DNA of 64,000 nucleotides from Candidatus Hydrogenedentota bacterium (GTDB taxonomy: Bacteria > Hydrogenedentota > Hydrogenedentia > Hydrogenedentales > SLHB01), in assembly GCA_045863335.1 (NCBI GenBank), contig BTVY01000012.1, forward strand, positions 32,001-96,000, in the 5' to 3' direction. Made by a program: the position numbers and the translations under genes. Below the pieces are notes generated by a model. The model was not told the DNA's origin, made no database searches, and saw only the letters and a program-made list of their open reading frames with translations. Shown here piece by piece: positions 36,595-45,624 of the stretch; position 1 is the first letter of the stretch, and each line of letters opens with the position of its first letter.

Positions 36595-37883
36595 GAGACT
36601 CGCGCTGCCTGCGCATACTTCTCCACGATCCCGACACGGATCGTGCCGTTCTCGCAGATGTCCTTGTAGAGATAGGCGCTTGGGTTGGGCGTCCGCGCGA
36701 GGGTCTCGCGATCGACGTGGACCAATCCGTACCGCGCGGCATATCCGTCGATCCATTCAAAGCCATCCAACATGGAGCGATGAAAATAGCCGCGCACATG
36801 GATACCTTGCGCGAGGGCTTCCTGCACGATCGCCAGATGATTCACGAGGTATGCGCACCGCGCGGCGTCATCCGTTGTATCGAGGCCATTTCCGGTTATG
36901 TAAATGGGCTTTCCGTATTCGGAAATCGTTTTGAGCACTTCCCGCAGCCCCTCCGGGTCCGTTTCATACCGGGGGGGTCGTATCGGACTTCCCGTTGGAT
37001 CGGTTAATGCCCGAAAGAACTGTCGCGGTTTCCCGGCGCGAAAGCAGACGCGCTCTTTTCCGTAATACGAAACCGCGATAAAATCCGCGCCCCCCCCCAG
37101 ACGTCGCGCACCACCGAGCGGAAACGGGGCCTCGTCCCGAATCATCGCCGCGGGAAACAGGTCGTTGGCCCGGCGCATTTCACGGCGCGCCGCCCTCAGG
37201 TCCCAGGCGCTCTCTTCGTTTACCGGCACGCAATTGCGCGCGCGGATGGAAAGGCCCACTGCGGCCTCCGGCTGAAGGCGTTGGATGATGGCGTAGCTCT
37301 CCGCTTGGGCGTGCATCAGCGCGTTCAACGCAGTGAATATAGACCAAATGCCGCGCCGCCCCGGAGGCCATTGTCCTTCGAGCCACGCCATGGTGGCGAG
37401 GTGTTCCGGTTCCAGCAACGGAATCCAATGCGCGCAGTATTCGGAAAGGGCCTCGACGACGCGCTGCACAAAAGCGCCGAAGGTGCGCGCTGCGTCGCGC
37501 TGCAACCATCCTCCCCGATCGGCAAACCAGGCCGGCAACGTCACATGATTGAGCGCGCAGATGGGCGTCATGCCGCGCCGCCGCAGGGCCTCCGCGACGT
37601 GTGCGTAATGAACGAGCGCCTCGGGATCGAAATGGTCGGGTTCGGGCTGGACCCGGCTCCACTCGATCGAAAACAGATGCGCGTTGTGACCCAGTTTGCG
37701 CGCGAGTTCGAAATCCGATTCGTAGTGTTCGAAATGCTCCGAGGCGCGACTCGACGTGCGACGGTCGGCGATGCGGCCGGGACGCTGTTCCCAGCGCCAC
37801 CAATCGGCATTAAAGTTGCCCCCTTCCACTTTGTACGCGGACGTAGTGGCTCCCCAGAGAAAGTCTTTCGGAAAGGCGTTCAC
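36591..37883 (-). CDS. Glycoside hydrolase family 1-fold protein lacking the catalytic nucleophile
   Basis: FPKDFLWG, FSIEWSR, FEW..GY..RYGL scaffold; ITENG reads ITGNG; GTG start after GGGGAG. Confidence 0.9.
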   Translation of the reverse strand: MNAFPKDFLWGATTSAYKVEGGNFNADWWRWEQRPGRIADRRTSSRASEHFEHYESDFELARKLGHNAHLFSIEWSRVQPEPDHFDPEALVHYAHVAEALRRRGMTPICALNHVTLPAWFADRGGWLQRDAARTFGAFVQRVVEALSEYCAHWIPLLEPEHLATMAWLEGQWPPGRRGIWSIFTALNALMHAQAESYAIIQRLQPEAAVGLSIRARNCVPVNEESAWDLRAARREMRRANDLFPAAMIRDEAPFPLGGARRLGGGADFIAVSYYGKERVCFRAGKPRQFFRALTDPTGSPIRPPRYETDPEGLREVLKTISEYGKPIYITGNGLDTTDDAARCAYLVNHLAIVQEALAQGIHVRGYFHRSMLDGFEWIDGYAARYGLVHVDRETLARTPNPSAYLYKDICENGTIRVGIVEKYAQAARVS

Positions 37884-37988
37884 ACGGTACTCCCCACCGC
37901 GTCTCATGTCTGATGTCCGCCAGCCAGCAGCGGGGTGACAACGGTGCGCCCCAATGGTAGCATGGCCGTCTCGCATGGAGAAAACGGA

Positions 37989-38936
37989 ATGACAACCAAC
38001 GAGGTGGCCGTACTGATGGCCTTGCTCCGGATACCCGGCGCAGGAACGGTGTCCGCGCGACGCGCCGTGGCCTTGGCGGCGCACCTCGGCGTTCCGCTCG
38101 ATGCGCTTCCACTCATTCCCACACGGCAACTGTTGGAGCAGTTCCCGACGAGTCAGACCGATCAATTGGCGTCTTTCCTTCCGCAATGTACCGGGGAAGC
38201 CTGCGACCATGAGGTGAGGTTCCTGGATCGTATACTCCGGTCGGGAGCCCAAGTCATCACCTGCGCGGACGGTGACTATCCCGATTCACTCGCTCGCGAC
38301 TTGGGGAATCGGGCGCCCGCCCTGCTTTTCCTGGCAGGCGATCGGGAACTGCTCGAAGCGCCTTCGGCCGCGGTCGTTGGCGCGCGGGAAGTCAGCCGGC
38401 GCGGTGCGATGCTGGCAGGCGAAACCGCAGCCGTCTTCGCGGGCGCCGGCATCAACGTGGTGAGCGGCGGCGCGACGGGGGTCGATTCGGCGGCCCATGC
38501 GACGGCGCTGGCGCATGGCGGTACGACGGTCGTCGTATTGCCGCAGGGTCTGTTACCCTTCCGCGGTTCGCGCGAGTTGCTGCAAGCGGTGGAGGACGGC
38601 CGTGCGGCGATTCTGAGCGAGTTCTTGCCCGACATGACGTGGCAAACCCACGCCGCGGTAACGCGCAACGCGACGATCAGCGCGCTGTCGAACTTGGTCT
38701 GCGTCATCGAACCCAAGAAGCAGGGCGGCAGCGTGCGGACCGCTCGGCTGGCCATCGAGCATGGGAAACGCGTGCTCGTCTATTGCGACGCGCAGCACCT
38801 GGATCTGGGTACCACGTTGACCCGTTCGGGCGCGGTGTCACTACTCGATGCCGAGGGCCAGTTCAACCCGGAATACCTGCTTCAGCAGTGGAATTCAGCC
38901 CCCGCTCAATCCGCGGGACAGACGGAACTCTTTTAA
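37989..38936 (+). CDS. dprA: DNA-processing protein DprA/Smf
   Basis: DYP..L, AVVGAR, VVSGGA.GVD.AAH, SEF.P, RN and GGS..TA motifs. Confidence 0.88.
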   Translation: MTTNEVAVLMALLRIPGAGTVSARRAVALAAHLGVPLDALPLIPTRQLLEQFPTSQTDQLASFLPQCTGEACDHEVRFLDRILRSGAQVITCADGDYPDSLARDLGNRAPALLFLAGDRELLEAPSAAVVGAREVSRRGAMLAGETAAVFAGAGINVVSGGATGVDSAAHATALAHGGTTVVVLPQGLLPFRGSRELLQAVEDGRAAILSEFLPDMTWQTHAAVTRNATISALSNLVCVIEPKKQGGSVRTARLAIEHGKRVLVYCDAQHLDLGTTLTRSGAVSLLDAEGQFNPEYLLQQWNSAPAQSAGQTELF

Positions 38937-39034
38937 GGACGGCGGCCATCGCGATTCGCCGGATTTGTGATAATCTGTGCGTGTCTGAGTTCGCGAAATC
39001 TGCAAGGCAATCACTCTAATTAGGAGAACCGCCC

Positions 39035-39925
39035 ATGGCGACAGAAGCTGTACCCTACCGGTCTATCCACGAAATGGCGGGGACGACCTTCGCGCCGCTC
39101 AAATCCCCGGCGGACGCGGAGCGGTTCAAACTCAGCGAGGCGCAAGTGACGGAGTTCCGCGAACGTGGTTTCGTCAAGGGTCCCCGTGTGTTGGACGACC
39201 GGCAAATCGAGGTCTTGCGCGAAGGCCTGGAACGCATCCGCACCGGCGAGAACGAACGGCTGGGCGAACTGTATGAAGTCGATGAAGCGTGGAAGAGCGC
39301 ACCCGAACAGAACGTCTTCCATTTCCTCGGCGCGTGGCGCATCGATGAGGCGTTCCACGACATCCTGTTCCACCCGGCCATCGCGATTCCGGTGGGCCAA
39401 TTGCTCGATACGCCGCGCGTGCGGTTCTGGCACGACCAGGTCTTCTACAAACCGGCGCGGCATCCGGGCGTGGTCGCTTGGCACCAGGATTACTCGTACT
39501 GGACCCGCAGCGTGCCTGCGCGGCACCTGACGGTGTGGATCGGACTCGACGATTCGACGCTGGCCAACGGCTGCATCCACTTCGTGCCCGGCAGTCACAA
39601 GTGGCCGCTGTTGCCGAAACTGCAACTCCTCGAAAACATGGATGCTATCCGCGACATACTCACGCCGGAACAACTCGAAGAGTTCAAACCCGAACCCTTG
39701 GAGCTGAAGGCCGGCGAATGCTCCTTCCACGACTGCATGACGCTCCACGGGTCCTACGGCAACAACTCCGACATCCCCCGGCGCGGGGTCGTCCTCAATT
39801 TTATGCATCCCGAAACGAAGAGCGCCGACGGCACGAAACCGTTGCTGGTGCATACTCCCGTGATCCCGGAAGGGGAAATCATCGAGGGAGAGGACTTTCC
39901 GATCGTGTATGGGGAAGACTGCTGA
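39035..39925 (+). CDS. PhyH family Fe(II)/2OG dioxygenase
   Basis: WHQD, NGC...VPGSH, HGS..N and RR motifs. Confidence 0.92.
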   Translation: MATEAVPYRSIHEMAGTTFAPLKSPADAERFKLSEAQVTEFRERGFVKGPRVLDDRQIEVLREGLERIRTGENERLGELYEVDEAWKSAPEQNVFHFLGAWRIDEAFHDILFHPAIAIPVGQLLDTPRVRFWHDQVFYKPARHPGVVAWHQDYSYWTRSVPARHLTVWIGLDDSTLANGCIHFVPGSHKWPLLPKLQLLENMDAIRDILTPEQLEEFKPEPLELKAGECSFHDCMTLHGSYGNNSDIPRRGVVLNFMHPETKSADGTKPLLVHTPVIPEGEIIEGEDFPIVYGEDC

Positions 39926-40008
39926 AGAACGTCTCAGGTTCGCGCATGAACGTTCGTCGAGGGCAAACATGTTAGAATCTTAGGAGGAACTCGGTAAGCG
40001 GAGGCGAA

Positions 40009-40232
40009 ATGATGAACGTGAGAGCAGAGAACATCCCCGAGATTCGAGCCATGACTGTCCCAGAGAAACTCGTTCTCGTGGAAGAACTTTGGAATAGCAT
40101 CTCGGCGCAGGAATCCGAGGTTCCGGTACCCAAAGTCACATAGACGAATTGGTTCGGAGGCGCGAGGATCTCGACCCAGGAAGTTTGCTTTCTCTCGACG
40201 AGCTTCGCGCGCGAATCGACCGCAGGAAATGA
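40009..40232 (+). pseudogene. Frameshifted addiction-module antitoxin (TIGR02574-like)
   Basis: ...MTVPEKLVLVEELWNSI...VPVP stops at 40143; the -1 frame continues SHIDELVRRREDL...LSLDELRARIDRRK* to 40232. Confidence 0.75.
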
Positions 40233-40333
40233 GAGATCCCCTGAATCATCTCAGGAGTCCGAAATCGGGCGAATCCAGAATGAACTAGACGTAAATGAGA
40301 TACTTCCAAGCGGATTCAAGGGTATAATTAAGG

Positions 40334-40564
40334 ATGGACCAACTTACACGAATTACCTTCAACCCGGAAGTGATGGGGGGAAAGCCCTGCATTCGGGGGC
40401 TCCGAGTCACTGTAGGAACTGTGGTAGGGCTTGTCGCTTCGGGCCACTCTTCCGAAGAAATTCTCAGGCTTTACCCGTACCTTGAAGCGGAAGACATCAA
40501 AGAAGCGCTGTCTTACGCGGCATGGAGATCGGAAGAGGTCGAAGTACCAGTCAACCGCCAATGA
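40334..40564 (+). CDS. DUF433 antitoxin
   Basis: RITFNPEVMGGKPCIRGLRVTV...YPYLE.EDI..AL.YAA. Confidence 0.95.
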   Translation: MDQLTRITFNPEVMGGKPCIRGLRVTVGTVVGLVASGHSSEEILRLYPYLEAEDIKEALSYAAWRSEEVEVPVNRQ

Positions 40565-40935
40565 AGCTCGTGGTCGACATGAATCTCTCACCCGGCTGGA
40601 TACCCATTCTCGAACATGAAGGGTGGCCGGCCGTGCATTGGTCTGACGTCGGCGCTCACAATGCCACCGATCGGAGAATTCTGGAGTGGGCACAAGACAA
40701 CGAACATTGCATCTTGACGCATGATCTGGATTTCGGGGCAATCTTGGCCGCGGGAGGTTACAGGAGCCCAAGCGTCGTTCAGATCAGAACACAGAACTTG
40801 GCTCCCGATGCACTTGCAAACCTGATGCTCGACGTGCTCCGGCAGTACGAATCGGAAATCGAAAGCGGCGCATTACTCGTTGTAGACGAGTCCGCATTGC
40901 GGGTGCGCCTCCTCCCATTGAGGGGCAACACGTAA
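40561..40935 (+). CDS. DUF5615 PIN-like toxin
   Basis: MKLVVDMNLSP, ATD..I and LTHDLDFG motifs; ATGA overlap with DUF433. Confidence 0.93.
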   Translation: MKLVVDMNLSPGWIPILEHEGWPAVHWSDVGAHNATDRRILEWAQDNEHCILTHDLDFGAILAAGGYRSPSVVQIRTQNLAPDALANLMLDVLRQYESEIESGALLVVDESALRVRLLPLRGNT

Positions 40936-41019
40936 TTCACTTGCGCGACGTCTCTCGTGCCCGTAGCTCCTGAATGAAACCCTTGATTAGCCGCCTCTTT
41001 CTGTATTCAATTGTCTCCC

Positions 41020-42996
41020 ATGCACGAACCTCATGCACTCATGCACGTTGTGGCCCTGTTTGGCACGGCCGTGGTTGCGGCCTGGCTGTTTCGGGTCGTG
41101 CGCGCGCCGTCGATCATCGGCTATCTCGTCACCGGGATTGTGATTGGCCCCTCCGGGCTGACACTCATCCCGGAGGAGGAAGTCGCCGGCCTGGCTGAGA
41201 TGGGGCTGGTGCTCCTCCTGTTTACCATCGGGTTGGAACTCTCGCCCAAACCCCTCCTGCGGATGGGCAGGAGCCTGCTCATCGCGGCGGGACTGCAAAT
41301 CGGGGGGACCGCGGCGCTTGCCGCCGGCATTACGAAGGTCCTGACACCTTACGACGTCGTGCCATCGTTGGTGATTGGGTTTGCCGTGGCGCTCAGCAGT
41401 ACGGCGATCGTCCTGAAGCAACTTAGCGACCGCGGCGAAACCGGCACCGGCACCGGCATGATCACGACGGGAACGCTGCTCCTTCAAGACGTTATCGTAA
41501 TCGCCATCATGCTGTTCCTGCCACTCCTGGCTCCCTCGGGGGACGGCGGGTGGCAAGGAGCGGCAATCCGTGGCGGCGTCGGGTTGATTGGCCTTGGGCT
41601 GGCTGCCGTGTTCGGGCGCCACTTGCTTTCCTGGTTTCTGGAGAACATCGTACGCACCGGCGGACGAGAATTGGTTGCCCTGTTCGCGGTTCTAATGGCC
41701 TGCGGCGGCGCCTGGCTCGCGGCCCTGGCGGGATGGTCCCCGGCGCTGGGCGCCTGTGTGGCGGGGTTGCTTCTCGCCGAACTGGACGTCCGGCATCAGC
41801 TCGTGGCCGACATCATGCCCTTCCGCGATGTATTCAATGCGCTCTTCTTCGTAGCGCTCGGCATGAAGGTCAATCTGGGTTTGCCGGTCGAGCACCTGAT
41901 CTGGATCGGCGTGGCCATCGGCGTGATTGTGGTTGGCAAATCCATCCTCACGGCAATGGCCATCCGTATCGCCGGTTGGCCGCTCCGGCCTTCCCTCCAT
42001 GCCGGAATTGGACTTTACACGGTAAGTGAATTTGGCTATGTGCTCGGCATGGAAGCCGCAAAACTGGGCATCATTCCCGCGCAAGTGTTGGGCGCGTTCA
42101 TCGTCTGCGCCGTGGGGACAATGCTCATCGGCGCGGGAATGGTGCCGCTGGCGGGCCCGCTATCCCTGCGAGCAACCCGACGGTTTGGGTCCCCTGACGG
42201 GCCGGGCGCCGCGCTCCCGGGCGAGTCCGGTACCCACCATGTCATTATCGTGGGCTACGGCATCAACGGCCAGAACCTGGCGCGCGTTCTGAGATCGACG
42301 CACATTCATCACACGGTGATCGAAATGAACCCGCAGCTCGTCGCGGCGGCCCAGGAGACGGGCGCCGAGGTGATTGTGGGCGATGCCGAGCGCAAGTCCA
42401 TTCTCGAGCATGCGGGCATCGCTCACGCCCACACACTCGTGGTGGCGATCAACGACCCCGGGTCGACGCAACGCATCGTGTCCGTGGCGCGCAATTTACG
42501 GGCCGATCTGTTTATTCTGGCCCGTACCCGCTTTGTTTCGGAACTGGATGCCTTGTATCAGCTCGGCGCAGACCGCGTGATTCCAGAGGACTTTGAAACG
42601 TCTATCGAGATCGCGGCCCACGTGCTCAAGGAAATGGACATCCCCGACAATATCGTCGAAGCGCAGATCGCCGCCGTTCGCGCGGGCCGCTACGGCATGC
42701 TCCGTGGCAAACCCACGGACCGCGCCGCCCACGAGGAATTGATGCAGGTTCTCCAAGCCACGGTCACTCGCACGCACTACGTGACTGCCGATAGTCATGC
42801 CGTTGGCAAGACAATAGCCGAACTGAACTTGCGCGCTGTGACCGGAGCCTCCATCATTGCCGCCGTCCGCAATGGCACCCCCCTCACCAACCCGGCTCCG
42901 GACTACGTCATGCAGGCAGGAGACGTACTGGTCCTCGTAGGGGCCCACGTCCAGTTGGAAGGCGCGAAGTCGCTGCTCCAAGAGCGCGAAGCGTAG
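41020..42996 (+). CDS. CPA2 (KefB/KefC-like) cation:proton antiporter with TrkA-N and TrkA-C domains
   Basis: LLFTIGLE, LSSTAIV, LLQD, PFRD, IVGYG and GKTIAEL motifs. Confidence 0.93.
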   Translation: MHEPHALMHVVALFGTAVVAAWLFRVVRAPSIIGYLVTGIVIGPSGLTLIPEEEVAGLAEMGLVLLLFTIGLELSPKPLLRMGRSLLIAAGLQIGGTAALAAGITKVLTPYDVVPSLVIGFAVALSSTAIVLKQLSDRGETGTGTGMITTGTLLLQDVIVIAIMLFLPLLAPSGDGGWQGAAIRGGVGLIGLGLAAVFGRHLLSWFLENIVRTGGRELVALFAVLMACGGAWLAALAGWSPALGACVAGLLLAELDVRHQLVADIMPFRDVFNALFFVALGMKVNLGLPVEHLIWIGVAIGVIVVGKSILTAMAIRIAGWPLRPSLHAGIGLYTVSEFGYVLGMEAAKLGIIPAQVLGAFIVCAVGTMLIGAGMVPLAGPLSLRATRRFGSPDGPGAALPGESGTHHVIIVGYGINGQNLARVLRSTHIHHTVIEMNPQLVAAAQETGAEVIVGDAERKSILEHAGIAHAHTLVVAINDPGSTQRIVSVARNLRADLFILARTRFVSELDALYQLGADRVIPEDFETSIEIAAHVLKEMDIPDNIVEAQIAAVRAGRYGMLRGKPTDRAAHEELMQVLQATVTRTHYVTADSHAVGKTIAELNLRAVTGASIIAAVRNGTPLTNPAPDYVMQAGDVLVLVGAHVQLEGAKSLLQEREA

Positions 42997-43092
42997 ACCC
43001 CGCACCGCCTCCCCAACTCCCAAGGGGCAATCCGCGTTCCAAGTTTGCTATGCTGGGGCCGGTGCGATATCGACTGTTGAGGAGCACGCCCG

Positions 43093-44235
43093 ATGGCGCA
43101 ACAGACCTACGATGTAATCGTGCTTGGGCTCGGAGGCATGGGAAGCGCCGCCTTGTATCGCCTGGCCGAGTTGGGCGCGCGCGTCTGCGGGATTGAGCGG
43201 CATGGCATTGCCCACGATCGCGGAAGTTCCCATGGCAACGCGCGGATGTTTCGAAAGGCCTATTTCGAACACCCCTCGTACATGCCGCTTCTCGAGCGCG
43301 CCCACGCCCAATGGCTGAATCTGGAAGAGGCGTCCGGTAAAGATCTCTTCGTTCCGAGCGGGCTTATTCTCTCCGGCGTTCCCGAGTCGCCGCTGATTCG
43401 AGGACTCGATGCCTGCTATGCTGCGCACGAACTTCCGCACCGCAAAATGAGCGCGGAGGAAGCAACACGGGAGTTCCCGCAGTTTGCGTTGCCCGCGGAA
43501 CATGTCGTGTACCACGATCCCGAAGCCGGATACCTCCTGCCGGAAACGTGCATCGAGCAGCATGTCGCGCTGGCGCAACAGCAGGGCGCAGACCTTCTCA
43601 TCCATGAAGATGCGATCGCGTGGCGATCCGATGGCGCGAGCGTTACGGTAACGACGAACCAGCGCGAGATCACCGCGTCCACTCTCGTGTTGACGGTAGG
43701 TCCGTGGGCGGCATCCACGCTGGGCGAATTGGGCGTGTCCTTTACGGTGCTTCGCAAGGTTCAGTTGTGGTACGCGCGGAACGATATGTCGGCTTATCGC
43801 ACCGGGACGATGCCGTGCTTCTACGTGGATACCGACTATGGCGGGTTCTACGGTTTTCCGGCTTTTTCAGAACTGGGTATCAAAATCGCCGAGCACACTG
43901 GGGGCGATCCGGTGGACGACCCGGATCGACTGAACCGGGGACTCGACCCCGAAGACGAGACGAAAGTCCGGCGACTACTGGGAGAGACATTTCCCAACAT
44001 AGACCTGCACCGCACCCAATTCAGCGTATGCATGTATTCGATGACGGCGGATCACCACTTTATCGTGGATAAGCATCCGCGCCACGAAAACGTCATTATT
44101 GCTGCCGGATTCTCGGGCCATGGATTCAAATTCGCTCCGGTGATTGGCGAGGTGCTCGCCGATCTTGCGGTCGACGGAACCACGATGCATCCCGTGGATC
44201 TGTTTAGACTCGACCGATTCGCGCACGTGTTCTGA
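43093..44235 (+). CDS. solA: N-methyl-L-tryptophan/sarcosine oxidase family flavoprotein
   Basis: GLGGMG, GSSHG..R..R.AY, CMY (covalent FAD Cys) and GFSGHGFKF motifs. Confidence 0.9.
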   Translation: MAQQTYDVIVLGLGGMGSAALYRLAELGARVCGIERHGIAHDRGSSHGNARMFRKAYFEHPSYMPLLERAHAQWLNLEEASGKDLFVPSGLILSGVPESPLIRGLDACYAAHELPHRKMSAEEATREFPQFALPAEHVVYHDPEAGYLLPETCIEQHVALAQQQGADLLIHEDAIAWRSDGASVTVTTNQREITASTLVLTVGPWAASTLGELGVSFTVLRKVQLWYARNDMSAYRTGTMPCFYVDTDYGGFYGFPAFSELGIKIAEHTGGDPVDDPDRLNRGLDPEDETKVRRLLGETFPNIDLHRTQFSVCMYSMTADHHFIVDKHPRHENVIIAAGFSGHGFKFAPVIGEVLADLAVDGTTMHPVDLFRLDRFAHVF

Positions 44236-44310
44236 GCGTTCTGGCTCCGAACGCCGAAAAGGCAAACGCGTCGAATCCCCCAGGCGTGCAACAAAATTGG
44301 AGGAAACGCT

Positions 44311-45192
44311 ATGCCCGACAGTGTAATCACGGATGAACAAGTGCGGTTCTTTCGCGAGAACGGCTACTTCATACTGCGAAGCGTCGTCCACGGCGAAGAG
44401 TTTTCCCGGCTGCGCAAGGCCATGGATCGCCTGACGGAGTACGGCAAGCTCGGCGTCCTGGGCGAACCGGACTTTCTCTACGAACCCGGCCCGCGCTCGG
44501 GCACGCGCGTGCTGCGACGGATCGAGTACATCCTGGACAAGACCGACGAAGCGAAGGTGCTGATGGGCCACCCCTTTATTCTGCGGTCCGTAGAGAAACT
44601 GGCGGGGAAAGATTTCATCCCCACGTGGGATTCCCTGGTTACGAAGCTTCCCAAGGAAGGCATCGAGGTCCCGTGGCATCGGGACGCGGACATGAAGTAC
44701 ATGGGCGACACGCCCATCTTCAGTGTGGATTTTTACCTGGACGCCGCCGACGAAGATACGTGCCTATGGGTTCTGCCGGGAAGCCACCGCTGGAGCACGG
44801 CGGATGCGGAACGGGCCGTCGAACGTCCGGGATTTGAAACGAAGGGCGCCAAGCCCATGCTGATGCAACCCGGCGACGTGTTGTTCCACAACATTTTCCT
44901 GTTGCACGGGTCCAAGGAAAACATTTCGAACAAGACGCGGCGTGTAGTGTACTTCGAGTTCCGGACGGCTCACATCGAAGCGGAAAAGGGTCCGCACACC
45001 CCCGAGTACATACCGCTCAAACAACAGATACTCATGGATTGCATCGAGCGGCGGAAGGCCGCGCCGTATGTTTCGAAAGACGAAACGCCGTACACGTATG
45101 CGCCAAGTGCGCCGTGGACCGTGGAACCGGCGGCGGAGCCATTGTCATCGCACCGAGTGCCTCACGAGGATTACTGGCGCGAAGCGAAGTAG
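44311..45192 (+). CDS. PhyH family Fe(II)/2OG dioxygenase
   Basis: WHRD, PGSH and HGS..N...RR motifs. Confidence 0.9.
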   Translation: MPDSVITDEQVRFFRENGYFILRSVVHGEEFSRLRKAMDRLTEYGKLGVLGEPDFLYEPGPRSGTRVLRRIEYILDKTDEAKVLMGHPFILRSVEKLAGKDFIPTWDSLVTKLPKEGIEVPWHRDADMKYMGDTPIFSVDFYLDAADEDTCLWVLPGSHRWSTADAERAVERPGFETKGAKPMLMQPGDVLFHNIFLLHGSKENISNKTRRVVYFEFRTAHIEAEKGPHTPEYIPLKQQILMDCIERRKAAPYVSKDETPYTYAPSAPWTVEPAAEPLSSHRVPHEDYWREAK

Positions 45193-45195
45193 CGG

Positions 45196-45624
45196 CTACG
45201 CCGGCTGCGGCAGGATGTACAGCATGACGTAGATCAAGACGCCGGTGATCGACACGTACATCCACACCGGCCATACCCAGCGCGTGATTCGGGTGTGCGT
45301 GTCGAACTTGCCTTGCGCCGCGAAATACACGGCGGCCAGAATGAAGGGCGTCATCAGCGCCGCGAGCGGCGTGTGGCTCAGCAGGATGGCGAAGTAGATC
45401 GCCCGCATGGCGCCCTGTCCCTGATAGCGCGTGATGCCGACGGCGGTGTAGTGATAATAGAGGTAGCAGACCAGAAACGCGGCCGACGCGACGAGTGCGG
45501 CAATCATGATCTTCTTGTGCCGCTCCCGGTCGCCCGACTTGATCGCGCGCCAACCCAGGAACAAGAGTACTGCCGCGACGCCGTTGAGCGACGCGTTGAT
45601 GGTGGGAAGCAAGGGAAGACTCAT
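45196..45624 (-). CDS. DUF420 membrane protein
   Basis: LPTINASLN, HKK.M, ILLSH and W.YVS.TG motifs. Confidence 0.92.
   Translation of the reverse strand: MSLPLLPTINASLNGVAAVLLFLGWRAIKSGDRERHKKIMIAALVASAAFLVCYLYYHYTAVGITRYQGQGAMRAIYFAILLSHTPLAALMTPFILAAVYFAAQGKFDTHTRITRWVWPVWMYVSITGVLIYVMLYILPQPA

Noticed and set aside
40120-40145. Programmed -1 frameshift in the antitoxin
   Set aside because: The zero-frame codons GTA CCC AAA do not form an X XXY YYZ heptamer; a simple deletion or sequencing error is more likely.
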